Origin: a virus
Lineage: Duplodnaviria > Caudoviricetes
Reading direction: 5' to 3' (one strand)
Length of the DNA stretch: 64,000 nt
IMG/VR virus record: IMGVR_UViG_3300049734_000263
Location: 850-64,849 of that record
Part shown: positions 28,686 through 36,131 of the stretch, in pieces
Numbering within the stretch: position 1 is the stretch's first letter
Layout: every line of letters starts with the position of its first letter
Position numbers and translations under genes: made by a program
Notes under the pieces: model-generated
What the model was told of the DNA's origin: nothing
The model's database searches: none
Seen by the model: only the letters and a program-made list of their open reading frames with translations

Positions 28686-29453
28686 ATGCGCTGGCGAACC
28701 CTCAACAAACGCCGAAATCGTAAACGCCATGGCCCCGCCCTGCCGAACCCCGCATTGAAGCGGATCGCGCTCTGTAACCGATTCGCGGCCACCTTGAGCG
28801 CAAGGGGGCTGGAGGTGAAAGTTGACGGCCATGCCTCGTGGTTCCGAACCGTCTTCTATCGCCTCAAAGACCGGCTGATGGATCGCTATGGCAAGCCGAA
28901 GGGGTACGCGCTTCAGGAATGGACCTCGCGCGCCTATGACGGATGGGACGATGAGTATGGAACCAAGGACGGCGCGACTCACCGCCACATCCTCGAACGC
29001 GTGAAACTCGGGCCTCTGAGGCTTCACCGGCCGACCGGCCATTTCTCTTACACGAACGAAGTCAGCGAATACTACAAACACAGCGTCGGCTTTGACGCGC
29101 TTGCGGCCATCTGTGTCGAGAAGTTCAACGGCAAGAAACACATCACGCGCAACATCCCGGCCGAACGTGAGGCGCTCGCCGCCCTCGCCTGGCTGATGCG
29201 GCGATATAAGGCTCTCTATGACTTGCCCGAGAAGCCGCAGTCGCGATTGCGCGTCGTCACCGGCAATCATTACGGCGATTACCTGAGCGCGCAGCATTGG
29301 CGAGAGAGGGAGGAGAGGGCAACGGCCGAGATCGAATGCAAGTGGTGTACGAAGAAGAAACTCGGCTCGGAGATGACCTGGTACGGCGGCCACGACATCT
29401 GCGTTGAGTGCTGCAAGAAGATCGCCCCGTCTGAATTGTCCGCGCCTTTTTAA
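28686..29453 (+). CDS. hypothetical protein
   Basis: 255-aa ORF; C-terminal CxxC pairs. Confidence 0.6.
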   Translation: MRWRTLNKRRNRKRHGPALPNPALKRIALCNRFAATLSARGLEVKVDGHASWFRTVFYRLKDRLMDRYGKPKGYALQEWTSRAYDGWDDEYGTKDGATHRHILERVKLGPLRLHRPTGHFSYTNEVSEYYKHSVGFDALAAICVEKFNGKKHITRNIPAEREALAALAWLMRRYKALYDLPEKPQSRLRVVTGNHYGDYLSAQHWREREERATAEIECKWCTKKKLGSEMTWYGGHDICVECCKKIAPSELSAPF

Positions 29454-29471
29454 TTCACGAAGGAGGACTGA

Positions 29472-29654
29472 TTGCGTATTCGCAAGCAAACCTGCAAGCG
29501 AAAGACCAAGCACTCGACCGAGCGGGAAGCCTACGCCGCCCTGCACAAGCTGCGCCGTGATCCGGATTGCAATGATCCCCGTGCGCTGAATGTTTATCGC
29601 TGTGTCTGTGGTTATTTCCACGTGGGACATCGCCCTGCCCAAATGGTGAAATAG
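29472..29654 (+). CDS. small zinc-binding phage protein
   Basis: C.RK......A...VYRC.CGYFHVGH; AAGGAGG RBS. Confidence 0.6.
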   Translation: MRIRKQTCKRKTKHSTEREAYAALHKLRRDPDCNDPRALNVYRCVCGYFHVGHRPAQMVK

Positions 29655-29663
29655 TGTTCTTGC

Positions 29664-29726
29664 CTTATAGTAAAATATCAGATTCTTACAGTTTGCTTGA
29701 CACTTAAACCTTTTTACCCGTACTGT
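29664..29726 (+). promoter_or_regulatory. late-type promoter overlapped by two operator sites
   Basis: CTTATA..TATCAG at 29664, CTTACA at 29685, TTGACA at 29697, then TACTGT after 18 bp. Confidence 0.6.
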
Positions 29727-29795
29727 ATGGCCGACCGACTTCCGGTTTTTATGCTCAGCGCGTTGAATCGAACTCCAGCGCGCAACAGGAGGCCG

Positions 29796-29835
29796 AAGCA
29801 GCCTGCCGGTTTTCGGACTGGCAGGCTGCTTTCAT
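29796..29835 (+). terminator. hairpin with UUCG loop in late leader (attenuator/terminator)
   Basis: AAGCAGCCTGCCGGTT-TTCG-GACTGGCAGGCTGCTT. Confidence 0.65.
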
Positions 29836-29846
29836 TCGGAGGGCTT

Positions 29847-30089
29847 ATGAACTTCCCGTCCTGGCTCAAGCGCCTAATCGCCGCATTCGTCGGCGGCGCC
29901 TTCAATTCGATGGCCGCGATCATAATTGACCCGGTCGCTTTCAATCTTAGTGGGCAATGGCGCAAGACGTTGGGCGTCGCGATCGCAGGCGGCGTGCTTG
30001 CCGTGTCTGGGTTTCTTCAGCGATTCCCCTCTCCACAGGATGGCGCAACTCCCTCCAATCCCAACCAATCCAACACGGAGATAAAATGA
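29847..30089 (+). CDS. putative holin
   Basis: small two-TM protein, first gene of late operon, GGAGG RBS. Confidence 0.6.
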   Translation: MNFPSWLKRLIAAFVGGAFNSMAAIIIDPVAFNLSGQWRKTLGVAIAGGVLAVSGFLQRFPSPQDGATPSNPNQSNTEIK

Positions 30090-30595
30090 GATCACTGATC
30101 AGAATTGCAAGTCTCGTAACCCTTTCCCTTCTACTCATTGCCATCGCGCCAGCGCAGGACAGGCCGAAGGACGCCGTCAAGCTCGGCGTCAGCGTTGTCA
30201 ATTCCGAGTACGCTCTGAACCCGATCGATGCCGTCGAGTATCTTCAGGGCCTTTCGGTGGACCTTGATGTCAAGGTTTTCAGGAAGAATCGCTTCCGCCT
30301 CGGCGGCGTGTTCAATTACACGCGAAATTCGTTCGAGAGCCCTGTTGACAATTACGCGTTCGGGCCGCAACTGAGCGTTGACTTCGGACCTGTTTCGCCT
30401 TTTGCCGGAGTTCTGCTCGGTTTCAATACCACCTACAACAACGATAAGCGCTTTAACCGTCGCTATCGCGCCGGCGTTGATGTCAATCTTGGACATCTCT
30501 ACGTGCGGCCTTTCTTTGCGGAGTGGGAGAGGACGGAAGGCTTTTTGTCGCCCGCGACGCAGCGCTTCGGCGCAGGGATCGGCGTGCGCTTCTAA
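30086..30595 (+). CDS. small outer-membrane beta-barrel protein (Lom/Ail-like)
   Basis: signal peptide, amphipathic strands, C-terminal GIGVRF. Confidence 0.75.
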   Translation: MRSLIRIASLVTLSLLLIAIAPAQDRPKDAVKLGVSVVNSEYALNPIDAVEYLQGLSVDLDVKVFRKNRFRLGGVFNYTRNSFESPVDNYAFGPQLSVDFGPVSPFAGVLLGFNTTYNNDKRFNRRYRAGVDVNLGHLYVRPFFAEWERTEGFLSPATQRFGAGIGVRF

Positions 30596-30613
30596 TTTGG
30601 AGGACTCCCCCTG

Positions 30614-30964
30614 ATGTGGCTGCGACGAATGCGACGGATTTGGCAATTAAGAGTTCTCCTGGCTGGCTGCGCGATGGCCGCGCTCATCGCCGTCGGCGGG
30701 CGTACCCTTGCCCAAATGCGCAACGTCTCCGAGCAGTTCGACCGCGACGAGAGGCGTGTTGAGCGCAAGGTCGACGCTCTGGAGAAAGACTTTTACGCGC
30801 TACAGTTGAATAATGACCGGCGGCTCGTGAAGATCGAAACCCAGATCGACAACTTTAGCTGGCTTATGTACACGGTTGTCGGCATCCTGCTGCTGGGGGT
30901 GGGGGACCGGTTGCTTGGTCTGATCTTAAAACGGCGACCGGCGGACAAGGGAGAGGGGGCCTGA
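30614..30964 (+). CDS. membrane protein with coiled coil (lysis accessory-like)
   Basis: N-terminal hydrophobic segment, coiled coil, C-terminal TM. Confidence 0.55.
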   Translation: MWLRRMRRIWQLRVLLAGCAMAALIAVGGRTLAQMRNVSEQFDRDERRVERKVDALEKDFYALQLNNDRRLVKIETQIDNFSWLMYTVVGILLLGVGDRLLGLILKRRPADKGEGA

Positions 30965-31024
30965 CTCCCCGCTTACGCGCATCTCACAATTTGTTTAGGA
31001 GCCTCGCCGCATTTTGCGGAGTTG

Positions 31025-31076
31025 AAGCCCGATATACAGCACACTCGTCCGTAGTGTGTTTTATGTCGGGCTTTTT
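31025..31076 (+). terminator. long hairpin with T-tract
   Basis: AAGCCCGATATA...TATGTCGGGCTTTTT. Confidence 0.6.
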
Positions 31077-31095
31077 CACATATGGCATATGGCAT

Positions 31096-31395
31096 ATGGC
31101 ATATCGAGCAAAACCTTATTTTGTCGCTTTGGACAATCAACAAATGTTTCGCATCCCGGCCGCCCGCTGGCATCAATGGGTCGCCGCTGGGTTGCTGATT
31201 CTGGTTTCCACTCGTGTCGCCCAACCGGCAACACTTGGCGTTGTCTGGCTCGAACGTGGCGAACTTCATTTTAAGGCTGACCCGATCGCGCCATATATAG
31301 CTCTCAGTTGTCAGATTATTGAGCGCCGTTGCGTTCCAAGTCTTAGCCCTGAACAACTCCAACGAGCAATCCAGGCCGATTACGGCAGGGAATAG
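31096..31395 (+). CDS. hypothetical protein
   Basis: ATG inside the (CATATGG)3 repeat. Confidence 0.4.
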   Translation: MAYRAKPYFVALDNQQMFRIPAARWHQWVAAGLLILVSTRVAQPATLGVVWLERGELHFKADPIAPYIALSCQIIERRCVPSLSPEQLQRAIQADYGRE

Positions 31396-31407
31396 AAAGG
31401 GAAATCA

Positions 31408-31632
31408 ATGAACAAATCATTCACTCTCAAAGGCATTGTCAGTTCACAGCACTACGACACGAATGGTGAGATTCTTGTCAATGTTACCGCGCCCTTCATC
31501 GGGTCGCCGTTTCCCCAATTGCCACCTGAGCCTTACAAATTCGAGCCTTACGCCAATATTTCGCTGCGCGCGTCCGACCTCGGCAATCCGCCGCTTGGCG
31601 CCACGGTCGAAATCGAAGTCAGGCTTTCTTGA
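31408..31632 (+). CDS. hypothetical protein
   Basis: AAAGGG RBS. Confidence 0.55.
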   Translation: MNKSFTLKGIVSSQHYDTNGEILVNVTAPFIGSPFPQLPPEPYKFEPYANISLRASDLGNPPLGATVEIEVRLS

Positions 31633-31634
31633 GT

Positions 31635-32267
31635 ATGGCCACCGCCAAGAAACCTGGAGCAAAGAAGTCTGCGAAGAAGGCCGCCAAGAAGCTCACGCCG
31701 AAGCAAGAGCGGTTTGCGGCGGAGCTGATTAAGAACGGCGGCAACGCCACAAGGGCCGCAATTGACGCAGGTTACGGTGAGTCTGGCGCCCGTGTGAGAG
31801 GGCATGAATTAGTAACAAACCGTAACATCCAAGAGCGTATTCAGCGGGCAAAAGAGCGCGCTGGCGTCACGCCTGAAATCGTCACCGGAGTCCTCGCTCG
31901 GCATTTGCTTGGCGATATAGCCGATGTGCTTAACGACAAGGGGCGTTTCGATTACAAATTGGCCAAGAAGCGTGGCGAGACGGACCAGATTCGCAAGCTC
32001 AAAATCAAAGAGCGGAACCTTTTCGACTCCGAAGGCGATCAGATTGGCGTTGAGACAACTTACGAGTTGGAGCTTTACAGCGCGCAGGAAGCCGCGAAGA
32101 TTCTGACCGGCACGCTCGGCATGAATAAACAGGCCGCCGTAAATCCTGAAGACGTGGCCCGCGCGAAGGCTGAGATTGACCGACTTGTCGCCGAAGGCTG
32201 GTCGCAGGCCGAAGCCAAAGAGATCGTGGTCGAAGCTGAGCCGAAGGCGGCCCAATGGCTGCAATAG
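31635..32267 (+). CDS. terS: terminase small subunit
   Basis: LTPKQERFA.E....GNATRAAI.AGY. Confidence 0.9.
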   Translation: MATAKKPGAKKSAKKAAKKLTPKQERFAAELIKNGGNATRAAIDAGYGESGARVRGHELVTNRNIQERIQRAKERAGVTPEIVTGVLARHLLGDIADVLNDKGRFDYKLAKKRGETDQIRKLKIKERNLFDSEGDQIGVETTYELELYSAQEAAKILTGTLGMNKQAAVNPEDVARAKAEIDRLVAEGWSQAEAKEIVVEAEPKAAQWLQ

Positions 32268-33943
32268 ATCGCGCGCGCGCCGTCGCTATCACGCAGACTC
32301 GCTTGCGCCTTGGCGCTAGGTCTCGAGTCTCGTTCTCTCCGCAGAAGCCGACGGATCGGCAAGAGTTGTTTCTTGGCCTGCCACACAAAGAAGCGTTTTA
32401 TGGCGGCGCGGCAGGCGGCGGAAAGAGCTCGGCGCTATTGATGGCTGCGCTCCAGCACGTTGACGTTTCGCGATATTCGGCACTAATTCTTCGCCGAACG
32501 TTTGCTGATCTTTCGAAGCCTGGCGCTCTGCTCGACCGCGCGCGTGAATGGCTGTCTCAGTCAAGCGCGCGATATAACGATCAGAGGCATCAATGGCGCT
32601 TCCCGAGCGGCGCGGTCTTGGCGTTCGGTTATCTGGAGAACGACGCCGACGTTTACCAGTATCAGTCGAGCGAATTTCAGTTCATCGCCTTCGATGAACT
32701 GACGCAATTCAGCAAGTTTCAGTACACGTATTTATTCTCTCGTCTGCGCCGGCTTGCTGACTCAACCGTACCCTTGCGAATGCGCTCGGCGTCGAATCCT
32801 GGTGGCATTGGCGCTGAGTGGGTTTACGAACGGTTTATTCCCCACGACTGGCAGCCTGATGACGCTGCGGATTTGCAGGTCCATGAAAAGGATGGCCGCG
32901 CCTTTGTGCCAGCGCGCCTTGAAGATAATCCACACCTTGACCAAGAAAGCTACGACGAGTCGCTCGAAGAACTCGACGAGGTTACGCGCGCGCAGTTGCG
33001 GAGCGGCGATTGGCGCATCCGGAAGAAGGGCAATATCTACAAGTCCTGGACTGACGGCCCTGACTCGCATTACGTCATCACCTGGTCGCAATTCGCAGAG
33101 GTCTTCAAAGAGCGTGCAATCCCCTCGGACTGGCTCGGCGCCTGCGGTCAGGATTGGGGCTTCGACCCTGACCCTGCGGCGACTGTTTGGAATTTTGTGG
33201 CGGCCGAGAACTCGCCGAAAGTTGATGGAATTCCACTGGCTGGCTCGATCTTCGCGCCGCAGATCCTGACCTGTAAGGGCGAAATTCCTGATCACGTCGG
33301 CGAGAAAATCAAACTGATCGAAGCCGAGCACGGCTGGGCGAGTCGGATTCAGTACAGAGTTATGTCGCACGAAGCTAGTTCGCAACAGGCCACATACCGA
33401 GTGAAATGCGGGCTGATGTTTTCGAAGTGGGAACCCGATGCGCACGGCGGCATCGCTCAAATGCAGCACGCGCTCAAACTGCGCCATACCGACAGGCCGC
33501 ACCCGTTCAAATCGTGGCTAATGGGAAGGCCGAATTATTACGTGGTCGTGCCCGATGATCAGGTGATAAACCCCAAGGGCGACGAAGGCTTAGCGCTACT
33601 GCGCGCCGAGTTTCGCGAATATAAATACATTGAGCAGGTCGTTACGGAGCGTAAGGGCTCGAACCGCATTGTTCCATTCGGCCATTTCAACCACTACATG
33701 GACGCGCAGCGCGGCATTGCGGCGCGCTGGTTCCCGGCGGCGAAGGCCATGAGCTATCACGAGAAGGTCGAGGACGCCATCCCCGAAGGCCGCAAGTACG
33801 AAGACCTGCGCGAGCAAGCGCCGCTCGGCGACGGCCTGACGCCGGAGGCTGAACTTTTATACGTGATTGAGCGACAGCGGGCGATGAAGAAGGTCAAGCC
33901 GGCGATTCAACGATTTGATGAGTTCGGAAGGCTTATAAGCTAG
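32255..33943 (+). CDS. terL: terminase large subunit
   Basis: Walker A YGGAAGGGKS, Walker B FIAFDE, SNPGG, nuclease GQDWG...HYMDA. Confidence 0.95.
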   Translation: MAAIDRARAVAITQTRLRLGARSRVSFSPQKPTDRQELFLGLPHKEAFYGGAAGGGKSSALLMAALQHVDVSRYSALILRRTFADLSKPGALLDRAREWLSQSSARYNDQRHQWRFPSGAVLAFGYLENDADVYQYQSSEFQFIAFDELTQFSKFQYTYLFSRLRRLADSTVPLRMRSASNPGGIGAEWVYERFIPHDWQPDDAADLQVHEKDGRAFVPARLEDNPHLDQESYDESLEELDEVTRAQLRSGDWRIRKKGNIYKSWTDGPDSHYVITWSQFAEVFKERAIPSDWLGACGQDWGFDPDPAATVWNFVAAENSPKVDGIPLAGSIFAPQILTCKGEIPDHVGEKIKLIEAEHGWASRIQYRVMSHEASSQQATYRVKCGLMFSKWEPDAHGGIAQMQHALKLRHTDRPHPFKSWLMGRPNYYVVVPDDQVINPKGDEGLALLRAEFREYKYIEQVVTERKGSNRIVPFGHFNHYMDAQRGIAARWFPAAKAMSYHEKVEDAIPEGRKYEDLREQAPLGDGLTPEAELLYVIERQRAMKKVKPAIQRFDEFGRLIS

Positions 33944-33955
33944 AACGAGGTCGTT

Positions 33956-34258
33956 ATGCGAAGTCAGTTAGGAACATTTACTCAGCGAACAGTGACAAGA
34001 ACCAAGGATTTTGATGCAGCCATCGGTGACGATGTGATCTTAGTGGATGCCAAGTCCGCGCCGGTGACTGTTACGCTGCCATTCCCAAGCGCTACTGCCC
34101 AGGCAGGATGGCGCTTTCGCATGATGAAAGTTGACGCTTCAGAGCACGCTGTCAAGCTGGTAACGCCAAGTGGAGAGGTTATCGGCAGGCAGGAACTGGC
34201 AAAGCAATTTGATTCGGTCGAGGTATGGGCGGACGGCCCAAGCTATTACTCCTTTTAG
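33956..34258 (+). CDS. fibre/decoration-type beta domain protein
   Basis: ILVDA...VTVTLP...MKVDAS..AV; paralog of the N-terminus of 34666-35376. Confidence 0.6.
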   Translation: MRSQLGTFTQRTVTRTKDFDAAIGDDVILVDAKSAPVTVTLPFPSATAQAGWRFRMMKVDASEHAVKLVTPSGEVIGRQELAKQFDSVEVWADGPSYYSF

Positions 34259-34273
34259 TCTGGAAAGGATCTT

Positions 34274-34606
34274 ATGACGCCACAAGACGCAATGAACATC
34301 GCGGCGAAAGCCTGGGAGCGAGTCAAACCCGAAGACGATCCGCCATTCGACCAGTGCGCGCCGGATCACAAGTTTCGCCTGGCTTACAAGGTTGAGAGCG
34401 TGGCGAAGACGGGGCGCATCGAAGATGACTTCGACAGTGAGGTCTACGCAATTTTGAACCCGCCGCAGGGTGTTTCGCCGATGACGCCTATACCTGATGC
34501 GCCATCTGAGCCCGCGAGCGAGGCGACGACTGCGGGCGTCGCGGCTGATGTTACGCCTGCGCCTGTGATGCCCAAGCAACCGAAGGCGCCGAAGGCAAAG
34601 AAATAA
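34274..34606 (+). CDS. hypothetical protein
   Basis: AAAGGA RBS; Pro/Lys-rich tail. Confidence 0.6.
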   Translation: MTPQDAMNIAAKAWERVKPEDDPPFDQCAPDHKFRLAYKVESVAKTGRIEDDFDSEVYAILNPPQGVSPMTPIPDAPSEPASEATTAGVAADVTPAPVMPKQPKAPKAKK

Positions 34607-34665
34607 CCACGGGCCTTTCAGATTGATCCGGCCTGCAAACACTGATTCACGATTGAGGAGTATTT

Positions 34666-35376
34666 ATGGGGAACAAGTTCGGTACTGTTTATCAACAGTT
34701 GGTCACCAAAACAGCCAACTACACTGTACAGGATGCTGATGACTTGGTGCTCGTTGACGCTACCGCCGGCGCGGTAACGATTACCTTACCAACACCGATC
34801 GGCCGTTATCCAGGCATAGACGGGCGTGGTTTGATTCGCATTATGAAGATCGACCAGACGGCAAATCCTGTAATTGTGACGCCTGCCGCCGGGACGCTTC
34901 TTGGACAGTCCGAGCTGCGCGACCAACAGCAGAGCGCCCTGTATCAGTCTGACGGGGTTGCTAGTTGGTATAACCTCGATCCATTCAAGCGGACTTTCAC
35001 GGCCCGGATACCGCTCTCGGCCGCGCAGATCATAGGCATGAACGCCACGCCGGTTACGCTGATCCCGGCGCCCGGTGCCGGCAGGGTGATCGTTGTAGAC
35101 AATCTGTCCTTTAAGATGATTCGCACCGCGACCGCATTTGTAAACGGCGGGGCTTTGTCGTTTCAATATCCCACAGGCCCGGTTGCGGCAACCGCCACAA
35201 TCGCCGCAACGGTAGTTACAGGCGGAGCGGGCACCGTGGTGCAGAACGTAAAAGGCGTTGAGGCGTCACTTGCTGCGGTTCCTAACGATCCAATCCAGAT
35301 TACCAACGCGACTGCCGCATTCGCAACTGGCACAGGCACGGCGCTTGTGATTATTGATTACCATGTTACCGAGTAG
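34666..35376 (+). CDS. probable virion decoration/fibre protein
   Basis: TKTANYT...VLVDATAGAVTITLP plus PVTLIPAPGAG..IVV beta-sandwich. Confidence 0.65.
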   Translation: MGNKFGTVYQQLVTKTANYTVQDADDLVLVDATAGAVTITLPTPIGRYPGIDGRGLIRIMKIDQTANPVIVTPAAGTLLGQSELRDQQQSALYQSDGVASWYNLDPFKRTFTARIPLSAAQIIGMNATPVTLIPAPGAGRVIVVDNLSFKMIRTATAFVNGGALSFQYPTGPVAATATIAATVVTGGAGTVVQNVKGVEASLAAVPNDPIQITNATAAFATGTGTALVIIDYHVTE

Positions 35377-35430
35377 AGATTCCGGCAACTAACTAATATC
35401 TATTCCATTTACTAACAAGGAGCAACTGCC

Positions 35431-35745
35431 ATGCCGTTTCTTCATACTGACCAGATACCCCTCTCCCGCGAAATTGGCGGCAACCTTCGCGCCGCTGGCG
35501 AGGAGGGCTACCTTGACAACACCAAGGTCGCCGCCGCTGATACTGTCGTGGGCATCGAGGCCAACATCACGGGCGGACACGCCGACCAGAAGCCAAATCA
35601 ACATCGCATTCTGCGTGCTATTGATTTGGGCGAAGGTTCGGCCGAGTTGACCGATGCGCTGATCAATCCGCTGACCACGCTCGAGGGTTTGGTTGACCTT
35701 ACCGCGGCGGCCGACACTGTAGACCGCCATCAGATGATTCAGTGA
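35431..35745 (+). CDS. hypothetical protein
   Basis: AAGGAG RBS. Confidence 0.6.
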   Translation: MPFLHTDQIPLSREIGGNLRAAGEEGYLDNTKVAAADTVVGIEANITGGHADQKPNQHRILRAIDLGEGSAELTDALINPLTTLEGLVDLTAAADTVDRHQMIQ

Positions 35746-36128
35746 CGCTCTTCGCCACCTACGCCGAAATCCGGCGCATTCTTCGCGAAAAAAAGGACGA
35801 CAAAGCGCGTATCGCAGCGCTTGAGGCCGAATTGCGCGAAGAGCGGGCGAAAACGGAGCGGATAATGCTTGCGATGGCTGACCGCGTTCTCACCGCCGCC
35901 GGCTGCTATGGCCTCCCAACAGAGGTCACGCAGCCGAAAGTGGCACCAGCCAAACCGCCGACGTCTGAGCCTTCGCCCGTGATGGAATCTTATCTCAACG
36001 CTGTGCGTGAGGAAGGGATCAGGCTCGGCAAGTCGCCGGGTGAGATCGACATCATGATCAACCGGCTGAAGCGGGGCGAGAGCGTGATACCTCAGTTCGA
36101 TCAGGAAGAGTTTACGCTACCGAATTAA
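35742..36128 (+). CDS. hypothetical coiled-coil protein
   Basis: overlapping start; precedes portal. Confidence 0.55.
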   Translation: MTLFATYAEIRRILREKKDDKARIAALEAELREERAKTERIMLAMADRVLTAAGCYGLPTEVTQPKVAPAKPPTSEPSPVMESYLNAVREEGIRLGKSPGEIDIMINRLKRGESVIPQFDQEEFTLPN

Positions 36129-36131
36129 ACA

